From an uncultured delta proteobacterium (GTDB lineage Bacteria; Myxococcota_A; Polyangia; Polyangiales; Houyiibacteriaceae): DNA of 64,000 nucleotides. Positions 19,922-30,713 of this stretch are shown here, in pieces. A program made the translations under genes and the position numbers. The notes under the pieces are model-generated. The model did no database searches, was not told where the DNA came from, and was given only the letters and a program-made list of their open reading frames with translations. Numbering within the stretch: the first letter of the stretch is position 1; every line of letters begins with the position of its first letter. Where the stretch lies: contig CAVOVB010000002.1 in NCBI GenBank assembly GCA_963699755.1, positions 32,001 through 96,000 on the forward strand, given 5' to 3'.

Positions 19922-21214
19922 TTGAGAGACATCGTGACGGACACTGACCGGGATTCCGACGTTGCAAGTGTCTTGATCTCCAGTCCGTCGGCGGATGGAC
20001 GCAAGAGGAAGCGCTTGTATCTTTGGGTCGCGCTGGCGGTGATCATAGTCACCGGCGTGGGTATTTGGGCCGCACCGGTTCGTCCCGATCGAAAGCAGAT
20101 CAGAACGCAAGAGGTCGAGCGCGGCAGCCTGGTCGTGACGGTTACGGCGACTGGAAATCTCGAGCCAACCAATCAGGTCGAGGTCGGAGTGGAGGTTTCC
20201 GGCACCATCGCGACCGTGGAGGTCGATTACAACGATCGTGTAGCGCGCGCGCAAGTCCTGGCGAGACTCGATCCCACGAAATTCAAGGCACAGGCGGTAA
20301 GGTCGCGTGCGGCGCTTCAGTCGGCCAAAGCTAGGATTCTGCAGGCACAGGCTACCGTGGACGAAAGCCGCGCGCAGCTCGGCAGACTCACCCGGCTCAG
20401 GGAGGCCAGCAAAGGGACCGACCCTTCACAACTCGACATCGATGCAGCGGATGCCGCGCTCAAACGTGCTCTCGCCGATCGGGCAAGCGCGAAGGCCGAC
20501 GTTGCCGAAGCAAACGCAAACCTCGAATCGAGCGAGATCGACCTCGCCAAGACCGTGATTCATTCGCCCATCGACGGACTGGTCCTGGTGCGGGCCGTGG
20601 AGCCCGGACAGACGGTGGCCGCTTCTCTTCAGACACCAGTGCTATTCGTGCTCGCCGAGGATCTGACCAAGATGGAGCTTCATGTGAGCGTGGACGAAGC
20701 AGACGTGGGTCGAGTGCGGTCCGGGCAGAAGGCGACCTTCATGGTCGACGCCTATCCAGACCGCACCTTCTCCGCGGAGATCACCGACATTCACTTTGGT
20801 GCGCAAGAGGTCGAGGGTGTCATCACCTACGAAGCGGTGTTGAACGTCGACAACGAAGACTTGTCACTGCGGCCGGGCATGACCGCGACCGCGACGATCG
20901 TCGTGGAAGAGGTGAGAGATGCAGTGCTGATCCCCAATGCCGCGCTACGCTTCAGTCCATCTTTTCGGGACGATGCTGGGTCCAGTGGCGGCGGTCTCCT
21001 CGGTCGGCTGTTTCCTCGTCCGATTCGTTCCCGACCGAAGAACCGTCACGAGCAAGGCACTGAGAAGAGGCAACAACGGGTTTGGATCGCACGGGATGGC
21101 GAACCTGCCGCCGTGCCGATCACTACCGGAGCCACCGACGGAATCATGACCGAGTTGTTGCAAGGGGACTTGGAGCCCGGGACGCCCCTGATCGTCGAGA
21201 TGACCGTGGAATGA
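19922..21214 (+). CDS. macA: MacA-like periplasmic adaptor subunit (start uncertain)
   Basis: TM anchor; VTATGNLEP..VEVGVEVSG, IHSPIDG..GQTVAAS, VDEADVG and LRPGMTA motifs. Confidence 0.9.
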   Translation: MRDIVTDTDRDSDVASVLISSPSADGRKRKRLYLWVALAVIIVTGVGIWAAPVRPDRKQIRTQEVERGSLVVTVTATGNLEPTNQVEVGVEVSGTIATVEVDYNDRVARAQVLARLDPTKFKAQAVRSRAALQSAKARILQAQATVDESRAQLGRLTRLREASKGTDPSQLDIDAADAALKRALADRASAKADVAEANANLESSEIDLAKTVIHSPIDGLVLVRAVEPGQTVAASLQTPVLFVLAEDLTKMELHVSVDEADVGRVRSGQKATFMVDAYPDRTFSAEITDIHFGAQEVEGVITYEAVLNVDNEDLSLRPGMTATATIVVEEVRDAVLIPNAALRFSPSFRDDAGSSGGGLLGRLFPRPIRSRPKNRHEQGTEKRQQRVWIARDGEPAAVPITTGATDGIMTELLQGDLEPGTPLIVEMTVE

Positions 21215-21221
21215 CTTCGTC

Positions 21222-21941
21222 GTGCCCGTGCAGGAACATAATCAGCCACCGCTCATTCAACTCGAGGGTGTCACCAAAGTGTATGGGACCGGCGATGCAA
21301 CCACGTACGCGCTGCGTGGCATCGACGTCCGAATCGATCCGGGGGAGTTCGTTGCGGTCATGGGTTCGAGCGGCTCGGGAAAGTCCACGTGCCTCAACAT
21401 TCTCGGCTGTCTGGATACCCCCACAGAGGGGTCGTATCTTTTTCGCGGAGTCGAGGTCGGCAAGCTGGGTCGCAACCAGCGTGCGCTCTTGCGCCGCCGC
21501 TACTTTGGTTTCGTGTTTCAGGGCTACAATCTCTTGAGCCGGACTTCTGCGCTCGAAAATGTCGAGCTTCCGCTGGTCTACCGCGGCGTTGCCCGGGCCG
21601 AGCGTCGAAGGCTGGCGGGGAAAGCGTTGGCCGCAGTCGGCCTCGAAGGGCGGGAAACGCACAGCCCCTCGGAGCTCTCGGGAGGACAACAACAGCGTGT
21701 TGCGATCGCCCGAGCGCTGGTCACCGAACCCGATGTGCTGCTTGCCGACGAGCCGACGGGGAACCTCGATACGGCTCGAAGCCTGGAGATCATGGATCTC
21801 ATGACCGCGCTCAACCGTGACCGAGGTATCACCGTCGTCATCGTCACCCATGAAAGCGCGATGGCGGCTTACGCAGACCGGATCATCAATTTCGTCGACG
21901 GCGGGGTGGAGTCGGTCGTGCATCATGGCGAGGTAGCCTGA
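21222..21941 (+). CDS. ABC transporter ATP-binding protein (MacB/LolD-type)
   Basis: Walker A GSSGSGKS, signature LSGGQQQR, Walker [12 protein letters not shown]. Confidence 0.95.
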   Translation: MPVQEHNQPPLIQLEGVTKVYGTGDATTYALRGIDVRIDPGEFVAVMGSSGSGKSTCLNILGCLDTPTEGSYLFRGVEVGKLGRNQRALLRRRYFGFVFQGYNLLSRTSALENVELPLVYRGVARAERRRLAGKALAAVGLEGRETHSPSELSGGQQQRVAIARALVTEPDVLLADEPTGNLDTARSLEIMDLMTALNRDRGITVVIVTHESAMAAYADRIINFVDGGVESVVHHGEVA

Positions 21942-23146
21942 TGGTGTACAATGCGTTTCGCCTCGCGCTGCACGAGATTCGGCGCAACGTGATGCGTTCG
22001 TTGCTGACCATCTTGGGTGTCGTGATCGGGGTCGCGGCAGTCATCACCATGGTGACAATTGGCGGAGGCGCAACAGTTCAGGTCACCGAACAAATCGCGA
22101 GCCTGGGCACCAACCTGCTGATCGTCACGCCCGGCCAACGAATGGGCATGGGCCAGCGAGCGGCCGCTCCGCCTTTCCAGATGGACGATGTAGAGGCGAT
22201 CGGCAGAGAGATCGGCACGGTAGCCGACATCGCCCCCATCTCGTCCCAACCCGTGACGGCAGTGTTCGGCAACGCGAACTGGAGCACGACGGTCATGGGG
22301 ACCGACAATCGATACTTGAGGGTCGGTAACTGGGCCCTCGAAGCCGGTCGGGAGTTCACCGAAAGCGAGCTTCGCGCTGGCAGCGCAGTCTGCATCTTGG
22401 GGGCCACCGTGCGGCGGGAGCTCTTCGGCAATCAGGATCCTCTGGGCAGCAAGATTCGTCTCGGCAAGCTCGCCTGTCTGGTGATAGGAACGCTGCTCAG
22501 CAAGGGTCAGTCTACGATTGGGAGGGATCGCGATGATGCCGTGCTCATCCCCTTGCGAACCGTTCAAAGGAGGCTCGCCGGAAATCAAGATGTTGGTCTC
22601 ATCCAGGTATCCATTGCAAAAGGGGCCTCAACGGAAAGGGCGCAGGAAGACATCAGCGAGCTGATGCGCAGGCGCCGTCACATCTCGGCATCGGAGGACG
22701 ACGACTTCACCGTCATGGACCTCAAGGAAATCACCAAGATGCTCGCGGGGACGACGCAGGTGCTCACCGCGCTCTTGGGAGCCGTGGCGGCGGTGAGTCT
22801 CCTCGTCGGAGGGATCGGGATCATGAACATCATGCTCGTGTCCGTCACGGAGCGCACCCGAGAAATCGGCATCCGGCTTGCGGTTGGGGCCCTCGAGCGC
22901 GAGGTGCTGACGCAGTTCTTGGTCGAGGCTGTCGTCCTTTCATCTTTTGGCGGTGGCGTTGGGGTGGTCCTGGCGCTCATCGCGTCGGTCATCGCAGCGA
23001 AAGCTTTGAGGGTGCCTTTTGTGTTCAACCCTGGGATCGTGATCGTGGGTTTCCTTTTCTCCGTCGGAGTCGGCATCGTGTTTGGATACTTTCCCGCTCG
23101 AAAGGCGGCCCGGATGGACCCGATCGAGGCACTGCGCCACGAGTGA
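21941..23146 (+). CDS. macB: MacB-like ABC permease (FtsX family)
   Basis: RSLLTILGVVIGVAAV, GGIGIMNIMLVSVTERTREIGIR and PARKAARMDPIEALRHE. Confidence 0.93.
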   Translation: MVYNAFRLALHEIRRNVMRSLLTILGVVIGVAAVITMVTIGGGATVQVTEQIASLGTNLLIVTPGQRMGMGQRAAAPPFQMDDVEAIGREIGTVADIAPISSQPVTAVFGNANWSTTVMGTDNRYLRVGNWALEAGREFTESELRAGSAVCILGATVRRELFGNQDPLGSKIRLGKLACLVIGTLLSKGQSTIGRDRDDAVLIPLRTVQRRLAGNQDVGLIQVSIAKGASTERAQEDISELMRRRRHISASEDDDFTVMDLKEITKMLAGTTQVLTALLGAVAAVSLLVGGIGIMNIMLVSVTERTREIGIRLAVGALEREVLTQFLVEAVVLSSFGGGVGVVLALIASVIAAKALRVPFVFNPGIVIVGFLFSVGVGIVFGYFPARKAARMDPIEALRHE

Positions 23147-23212
23147 ACGTGGCCGCCATTCCAAGTCGCGGCAGCTTCGCATAAGCTCCTGGGTCTCTGA
23201 AGGAGTACCCAG

Positions 23213-25210
23213 ATGCATCACCTCATCGCGATTTCGATCCTGCTCGCTGTCACGGTAAGTGGCTGTGCTAGGAAGCAGGCAGCGCCGGCAGTCGGCGGGG
23301 AAGACCTGCCGCCGGACGTTGCGGGGAATACCTCTCCCAGCGCGACGACCGCCGCGCTCAATGCGGCCGCAAGGGAGAGGCTGCCGCTATCGGAGCAACA
23401 AGACTTCGAGGACGCGCGGAGGGGTTTGATTGCGAGCGATCCGAACCTTCGTATCTCCGACGGCGAGGGGAAACAGATCTGGAGCATGCCTGCGTACGGT
23501 TTCATCGAGGGCGACGCACCCGCCAGCGTGAATCCGAGCCTGTGGAGGCAAGCCAAGTTGAACGACATCCATGGGCTGTTTGAGGTGACCAAGGGGGTCT
23601 ACCAGGTTCGGGGCTACGACCTCGCCAACATGTCGCTCATCGAAGGGAAGACGGGTTGGATCGTCGTCGACCCGCTCACCGCCAAGGAGAGTGCCGCCAA
23701 GGCGATGACCTTCGTGCGGGAGCACCTTGGCATCAAGCCCGTGTCTGCCGTCATCTACACCCACAGCCACATCGACCACTTCGGCGGGGTACTGGGCGTG
23801 GTCTCCCCAGAGGAGGTCAAGGAGCGCAACGTGCCGATCATCGCGCCCCAGTTCTTTCTGGAAGAGGCGACGAGCGAGAACGTCATCGCTGGTGCAGCGA
23901 TGGCGAGGCGGTCGATGTTCATGATGGGGTCGCGCCTGCCGAAGGGCGAGCGAGGCCACGTCGACACAGGCCTCGGCAAGGGAGTCGTATACGGGTCGTT
24001 CGGGCTCATTCCCCCGAGCGCGATCGTCACCGAGACAGGGACGGAAATGACCATCGATGGCATGAGATTCATTTTTCAGAATGCGCCTGGCTCGGAGGCT
24101 CCGTCCGAGATGACGTTCTACTTGCCCGACTTGAAGACGTTTTGCGGCGCCGAAGTAGTTTCCCACACCATGCACAACCTCTACACGCTCCGCGGCGCGA
24201 AGGTCCGCGACGCCATCAAGTGGAGCGGCTATATCGACGAAGTCATCGAGTTGTTCCCAGATGTCGAAGTTTATTTCGGCAGCCACCATTGGCCGATCTG
24301 GGGCCATGACCGGATCACCGACTTCTTGGAGAAACAACGCGATCTCTACAAGTACATCAACGACCAGACGCTACGGCTCGCGCTCCATGGCAGAACGCCG
24401 CGCGAAATCGCTGAAGAGCTCGAGTTGCCCGAGTCGCTTCGCACCTCGTTCGCAAACCGGGGCTATTACGGCACGCTGAATCACAACGTGAAGGCCGTCT
24501 ATCAACGCTACTTCGGTTGGTACGACGGCAATCCTGCCAACCTCGATCGGCTTCCGCCCGCCGAGGCTGGGGCAAAGTACGTCGAGCTCGCAGGCGGTGC
24601 GACAAACCTTCTGGAGAAGGCACGGGCAGCCTATGACAAAGGCGAGTACCGATGGGTCGCGGAGGTCGTCAACCACCTCGCCTTCGCCGATCCCGACAAC
24701 CAAGAAGCGCGCGAGTTACTCGCGAGCGCCTACGACCAACTCGGATATCAAGCCGAGTCGGGGCCCTGGCGTGACGAATACCTGACCGGCGCCTTCGAGC
24801 TGCGGCACGGTGGGCCTAGTGAGGGCATAGACCCCGCTTCGTACATGGACATGATCAAATACGCGCCCCTAGAGAGCTTTCTCTCCGCCATGGCTGTTCG
24901 TCTCAATGCTCCCAAGGCCGAGGGCAAAGACATGGTCGTCAATCTCATTTTGACCGATCGTGACGAGAGCTATGTGCTGGAGCTCAAGAACTCAGTCTTG
25001 CGCTACTACAAGCGAGACCCCGATCCCGATGCGAACGTCTCACTGAAGGTGACACACGGCCTGTTCCTCAACATGCTGACGGGGAAGGCAGGCCTCAGGG
25101 ACACCTTGTTTTCCGACGACTTGGACATCGACGGAAGCCGGCTCGACCTGGTTTCCTTCTTTCGCCTGATAGACAAGACCCCGGGAACCTTCAATATCGT
25201 CACACCGTAG
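23213..25210 (+). CDS. Alkyl sulfatase (SdsA1/BDS1-like MBL fold), lipoprotein
   Basis: VSGC lipobox; VNPSLWRQA, YTHSHIDHFGG, HNLYTLRG and SHHWP; dimerisation and SCP2-like C-terminal domains. Confidence 0.93.
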   Translation: MHHLIAISILLAVTVSGCARKQAAPAVGGEDLPPDVAGNTSPSATTAALNAAARERLPLSEQQDFEDARRGLIASDPNLRISDGEGKQIWSMPAYGFIEGDAPASVNPSLWRQAKLNDIHGLFEVTKGVYQVRGYDLANMSLIEGKTGWIVVDPLTAKESAAKAMTFVREHLGIKPVSAVIYTHSHIDHFGGVLGVVSPEEVKERNVPIIAPQFFLEEATSENVIAGAAMARRSMFMMGSRLPKGERGHVDTGLGKGVVYGSFGLIPPSAIVTETGTEMTIDGMRFIFQNAPGSEAPSEMTFYLPDLKTFCGAEVVSHTMHNLYTLRGAKVRDAIKWSGYIDEVIELFPDVEVYFGSHHWPIWGHDRITDFLEKQRDLYKYINDQTLRLALHGRTPREIAEELELPESLRTSFANRGYYGTLNHNVKAVYQRYFGWYDGNPANLDRLPPAEAGAKYVELAGGATNLLEKARAAYDKGEYRWVAEVVNHLAFADPDNQEARELLASAYDQLGYQAESGPWRDEYLTGAFELRHGGPSEGIDPASYMDMIKYAPLESFLSAMAVRLNAPKAEGKDMVVNLILTDRDESYVLELKNSVLRYYKRDPDPDANVSLKVTHGLFLNMLTGKAGLRDTLFSDDLDIDGSRLDLVSFFRLIDKTPGTFNIVTP

Positions 25211-25280
25211 TGCACGCCAGCATTGTGGCGTCTCTCGCTGGCTCACGGGCACGGTCCGCCCGATTGCGGCAGTCGCCTGG

Positions 25281-26288
25281 CTAGCTCGCCATGTCCAGAA
25301 CTGCGCGGAAGCGGATCGTGTTCTCCATGACTTTGGCGAACGCTTCATTCGCGGCTTCGAGAGGGAAGCGTTCGATCTGCGGCCGCACCCCCGCAAACGC
25401 GGCGAAGCTCATCGTGTCCTCACTGTCGACCGCAGTGCCACTCGGCCAGCCGTGGATCATCTTTCCTGAGAGCATGGCAAAGGCGTTGACCGAGATCGGA
25501 TCCGGCGCTGCCGCAACGAGCATGAGCGTGCCGCGGCCGTGAAGGCCATTGAGGATGCCCTCGATGGCTTTGCCGTTTGGGGCCGTGGCCAGAATCAGAT
25601 TGGCCCCGCCGAGCTTCTGCAGCTCCGCGACCTCGTCCTCCGATTTCGAATCGATGTACTCGTGAGCGCCCAAGTCGCGCGCGAGCTGCTCTTTGTCCTT
25701 GCCGCGCGAGACGGCGACAGTGCGGAAGCCCATTCGATTCGAAAACTGAATCGCGAGATGACCGAGCCCGCCAACGCCTTGCACGGCAACGAGGTCACCC
25801 GGACGAGCGCCGCTGTTGCGCAGCGCGTTGTAGGTCGTGATCCCTGCGCAGAGGAGGGGGGCGGCTTCGGCCGGACTGAGCTCATCGGGCACCCGAGCGG
25901 CGGCCTCCCATGGACAGACCATGTACTCCTGGTAGCCGCCATCGTAGCTGATGCCGGCGATTTTCGCGCTGACGCAGTTGATGAAGTCGCCGCGCCGACA
26001 GGGGTTGCACTTGAAGCAGTGCCCGCCGTGCCAACCCACTCCAACGCGATGACCGACTGCAAAGCCGTCCACGCCTTCGCCGAGCGAGTCCACGACACCT
26101 GCCACCTCGTGCCCCGGCGCGCGTGGAAGCTCGAGACCCGGAAACTGTCCGAACTTCACGAACGCATCGCTGTGGCAGATGCCACATGCTTCGACCCTGA
26201 TACGAATCTCGCCCGGCCCAGGCTCTGGGATTTCACGCTCGTCCAGGATGAATGGCCCGCCGGCCTCTCGTACGATCATTGCCCTCAT
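25281..26288 (-). CDS. Zinc-dependent alcohol dehydrogenase
   Basis: CGICHSD, GHEVAG, structural Zn motif CFKCNPC..C, GVGGLG; GGAGG RBS. Confidence 0.93.
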   Translation of the reverse strand: MRAMIVREAGGPFILDEREIPEPGPGEIRIRVEACGICHSDAFVKFGQFPGLELPRAPGHEVAGVVDSLGEGVDGFAVGHRVGVGWHGGHCFKCNPCRRGDFINCVSAKIAGISYDGGYQEYMVCPWEAAARVPDELSPAEAAPLLCAGITTYNALRNSGARPGDLVAVQGVGGLGHLAIQFSNRMGFRTVAVSRGKDKEQLARDLGAHEYIDSKSEDEVAELQKLGGANLILATAPNGKAIEGILNGLHGRGTLMLVAAAPDPISVNAFAMLSGKMIHGWPSGTAVDSEDTMSFAAFAGVRPQIERFPLEAANEAFAKVMENTIRFRAVLDMAS

Positions 26289-26441
26289 GATGCCGCCTCC
26301 TGGCACTGCGTATACGACGCGGGAAACGCTTTGCAATTGGCAACGGGGACGCCCCTCGCCGACGGCAGGTTTCTTTCGTGAGCTCACGAATAGGATTCCC
26401 TTTTTCGCTGACAGCCTTACGTTTGCGTGCCGGAGCCCCAG

Positions 26442-27515
26442 ATGACTCAGTGCATGATCGCCAGTCGAAACAATCTGAGCCGTGTCGTCCTAGTCTTTGC
26501 GATGGCGCTGGTCTCGCCGGCTACTGCTTCCCCGTTGGAGGATGCCCTTGGCCCGGCCCCCCGGGAGGGTGACGGTCGGTTCATGAACTTCGCAGGGCCA
26601 ATGCCCGAGGTAAGCACCTCGGTCACACTCCCCTTCTTCGTCCGACGCATCGCGAGCTCTTTTTCAGAGCTCCCGAGTGTGCTCGATCGGGTCGCCAACG
26701 ATGGTGCCTGGCTTCGCGAGAATGCGAAGCACAGCGAGCCCACGGTCACATGGGTTGGTCACGCGACGCTCCTGGTTCAGATGGGCCACCTCACCTTCCT
26801 CACAGACCCGATCTGGTCGGATCGGGCAAGTCCGTTCTCCTTCGCGGGGCCGCAACGGATCGTGGAGCCAGGGGTCGCGATCGATGATCTTCCGCCGATC
26901 GACTTCGTGGTGATTTCGCACAATCACTACGACCACCTCGACCTTACGACCCTAGTGGCATTGGCAGAGCGGGATCCGAACACGCGATTTTTCGTTCCAC
27001 TCGAGAACGGCGACCTCCTTCGCGAGAACGGGATCGAAAATGTCGAAGAGCTCGACTGGGGCCAGCATGCCGAGCACGAAGGGGTACGCGTCTACTGCCT
27101 GCCCGCGCAGCACTGGAGCAAGCGAGGCATTGGCGACGACCGCGAGGCGCTCTGGTCGTCCTGGGCGGTGGTCGGTGCGGAGCGACGGTTCTTCTTCGCT
27201 GGGGATACCGGCTACTTCGACGGGTTCGCCCGCATCGCCAAGGCGCTCGGCCCGTTCGACCTCGCAGCCGTTCCGATCGGCGCCTATGAGCCGACTGAGA
27301 TGATGAAGGCTTCACACATGAATCCCGAAGAGGCAGTTCAAGCGGCCATCGACCTTCGGGCTCGCGCAGCCGTCGGGATGCACTATGGAACGTTCAAGCT
27401 CTCCGATGAGCCGCTGGACGAGCCGCCCACGCGCTTCAACAAAGCGGCGTCCGAGGGGGCTCTCGGAGACGAAGCCGCGTGGTTGCTCCGGATCGGCGAA
27501 ACCCGCGCCTTCTGA
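26442..27515 (+). CDS. MBL-fold metallo-hydrolase (NAPE-PLD/RomA-like); start uncertain
   Basis: TWVGHAT, LTDPIWS, SHNHYDHLD, FAGDTGY, PIGAYEP, HMNPEEA and MHYGTF. Confidence 0.9.
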   Translation: MTQCMIASRNNLSRVVLVFAMALVSPATASPLEDALGPAPREGDGRFMNFAGPMPEVSTSVTLPFFVRRIASSFSELPSVLDRVANDGAWLRENAKHSEPTVTWVGHATLLVQMGHLTFLTDPIWSDRASPFSFAGPQRIVEPGVAIDDLPPIDFVVISHNHYDHLDLTTLVALAERDPNTRFFVPLENGDLLRENGIENVEELDWGQHAEHEGVRVYCLPAQHWSKRGIGDDREALWSSWAVVGAERRFFFAGDTGYFDGFARIAKALGPFDLAAVPIGAYEPTEMMKASHMNPEEAVQAAIDLRARAAVGMHYGTFKLSDEPLDEPPTRFNKAASEGALGDEAAWLLRIGETRAF

Positions 27516-27532
27516 AGCGGCTGAATCGAACA

Positions 27533-28446
27533 TCAGGCCGGCGCGGGCCCCAGGGCGCCGCCGCCCGAGATCATCCGGCGAAGGATCGCAGATGGAGCAA
27601 TTCGATGCTGCTCGAAGGCGCGCATGACCCTCAGGTTTACGTCGGTCTCGAAGGCCTTTTCGTATTGTGTGTCGAGCACATAGGCCTCGAGCCAGAGCCG
27701 CACCGCGACGTATTTGTCTTGGATGACTTGGTTGACGAGCACGACGACGGGTTTGGGAAGATGGACGAAACGGCTCGTGAGCCCTGCCTCGGTCACGATG
27801 TCACGCGCCTTGGTGACGTCTTGGTCGAGCCCGATGTAGAAGTCCATGACTACCTGCATGTCGAGGGCGCCGTAGTTTCCGCATGACGTCATGTCGGTCA
27901 GGAATTTGTTGTTGGGGATGGTCACCGTGTTGTCATCCAATGTCTGGAGCCGCACCGATCGAAGCCCGATCGCGGTGATGTCTCCGTACTCTCCACCAAA
28001 CGCCACCCGGTCCCCAACCTGGAACGGCTGGTCGATCATGATCATGATGCCTGCGATGAATGAAGCGACCAGGTCGCGAACGGCGAAGCCCACGGCGACC
28101 GCCGCTGTGCCACCGAGCAAGGTGAGCACCTTCGCGTCCAGGTGGATGCTCAGCGCTACGATGGTACCGATGTAGACGAAGAACTGGACGATCGTGCCGA
28201 CCTTCTGGAAGAGCATCCGACGAGCCGTGAACTGGTCTCCTAGGTTTTCGATGAAGTTGTTGAAGAAACGAAGGCCGATCCAGATCCCGATGATGGTGAA
28301 GACCGAAGTGACAACTCCGCCCCAGCGAATCGCTTGGCTGATCTGCGAAATCGCTTCCTCGTCGCTCGGCTCCTGCGCTACAGCCAGCGCAGGGCTGAGC
28401 CACTGGCCAAAGAGCACTGCGGATAGAACGATTTGTGTGCTTTCAT
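27533..28446 (-). pseudogene. mscS: MscS-family mechanosensitive channel with apparent frameshift in its signal peptide
   Basis: ORF 27533-28417 has PFQVGDRV..GDITAIGLRSVRLQTLDDNTVTIPN; ATG at 28446 is out of frame, and adding one A near 28432 restores MKAHKIVLSAVLFGQWLSPALAVA. Confidence 0.65.
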
Positions 28447-28456
28447 GTCGAAGACC

Positions 28457-30543
28457 TCAGAGCAGCAACAGGTGCTTTCTGCGAAGGATGCTGATGATCG
28501 CGCTATACCAATGAAGGTCGATCTCGAAAAGATGCCCGTTCCCGTCGATGTAGCCGTGGACGCGTGTTGCACGTAGGGCGTCTGCAACTTCCGCCGGGCT
28601 CAGGTCCGTGCAGCTCACCAGATCTTCCTCGACCGCCAGGTCCAACTGAACGACCGTGCGTAAGACGAAGTAGAAGGTCGCGGGCAGATCCTCGAGCTGG
28701 CCCGCGGTCGGTCCCGAGAAGAGCCGCACGTAGATCGTCTGACCGTCAGGGCGTCGATACAAGGAATCTCTCCAGGACTGTAGCGCGACCTCTGGATTGC
28801 CTTCTGAATAGTCCCGGAGAATGCGGTAGAAGTCCCGCTTCGTACGCTTTTCCTCGGAGACCGGGGAGGTCCGCACCTGGCGCGGGACCACTAGGCGCTC
28901 GAAGCTCGGCACGACTCCTGCGGCCGCGGTGCGCAGCTCAATCAGCGAGGCTGATTTGACTTTCTTGCCAAGAGCGCACGCATCGCGTGCACGCTCTCAG
29001 ACATGTAGGAAGTGAGAAGCTCGGGAGGCGCCTGCGGATCGGATGCGAGGGCCTCGTACAGCTCCGGAGGGATGGGCGCGGTCCCGTGCTCCGCAGGTGT
29101 GGCGGTCGTTTTTTTCGACGCCGCGTCGAAACAAGTACGCGAAGATCCGCCCGAGGGGCGCAAGGTCGCTCACCCGACGAAAGATGAAGCCGGGAACACC
29201 TTCGATCAGAAGATAAACGCCGCCGACCGCTGCCGCGGGGTAGACGAGCAGCCCATGGTCGTGCCGCGCTACTCACTGCAGCACGCGAGAAGCATCACGA
29301 CCTTTCATGCGCTCGAAGATCGTGTCCTTCCACCAGACGACTAGCACCAGAAACACGGATACTGCGAGAAACCAAGACGTGCTGATGACCCAGGCGTAGA
29401 TTGCGCCCTTGCCGACGGTGGCGACCGTCAGCGACAGAATCAACCCGATCGCCACGACGCCCATGCCGACCAAGCGCAGCGAGCGAAAGCGCAATCTGGA
29501 CGACGATCCACTCGAGAAACCCTGACGACTGGCTGTCGCGTCGATCCACTCGACGACGAACGCACCTGCCAAGAGCCACACAACGAGCACCGGAAGCATG
29601 AGCTGAAATGAGATGAAGACCGCTGGTCCAGGCGCAGATTGGAGCTGGCGATACTGCCGAGCTGCTTCCCGCGGCACCGCGAGCAAGTGGTAGCGGACCT
29701 CGAGGATGATCTGGTCGAGCTCGCGTTTCACCTGCGCGACCCCTTCGGGTTGAAAGCCCTCGAGGCTGTCGCGCCGGGACTCGCCGAGCATCTCGAAAAG
29801 GGAAGTCGGGCCTTGTTCATGATGACGATCGCATCGCGAAGGGCTTTGTCTCGATCCCACCTAAGCTCAGCCTCGCGCGCCTGGAGCTCGCGCGCAGATC
29901 TGGTGAGTGAAGCTCGGAGCGCGCGTGTGGCGCCGTCATCGATGTCGGCGGGAAGCTGATCGGGATCGGCATTGGAAGGCAGGGTGACAGCAGTCGGCTC
30001 GGATCTCAGGGCATCGAGGGCTACGCTCAGATCGCGGCGGGCGTCAACGAGATCCTTCGTGAGCCCCTGGTAGAGGTCGTCGGCTTTGTTTGCTCTCGCC
30101 TCTCCGGCCGGCATGCCGCTCTGCAACTCTCTACCCCTTCGGTTCCATGCGAGCGCGGACTCGGTCGTCGTCTCGACCTCTATCCGACTGCTCGCGAGGT
30201 CTGCTTTGAATCGGGCTTGCGCCTCCTTGACGCTCAAGACTTGAGCACGCCGATCCGCGATCAGTCGCAGTGACTCGGTCTTGGCCTGCCGCAAGTCGGC
30301 GAGCGCTGCCTCACGTTCCAATGCGGCGTCCTTGGCCGCTTGCTCGGCTCCACTGATCTGTACCGCCAGCGCTTCGGAGGGTTCAGCGCTGCCTCGCGCA
30401 TGCTTTGACAAGAGGCGGTCACGGTCCGAGTCGTCGAGCTCTTGCGGGACGGCTGGTGCTTGGGCTTCGGCAGAGGCCGCCGAGCAGCAAGCCACCAGCG
30501 TCAGCCTGAGCCAGAGCCGGTCGCTGGAACTGGTCATTGGCAT
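28457..30543 (-). pseudogene. Fragmented large secreted/membrane protein upstream of MscS
   Basis: Collinear protein-like pieces in different frames (29728-30543 coiled-coil with signal, 29273-29860 TM segments, about 28940-29290, 28457-28912) indicate several frameshifts and probable deletions. Confidence 0.6.
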
Positions 30544-30713
30544 CCGATCAGGCGCGAGTATAGGCGCCGCCGGACCTTGAAGTGGCGAAGATTTCGAGCC
30601 CCGATCCAACGGCGTCTCGAGATGAAATCTGCGTCGGCAGGGGCCAGGTTGCCTTTCGTAGACCGGGCATGCGCTCGAAACCGAAGAGCGGAAAGCGATG
30701 AGACGAACTTGAC

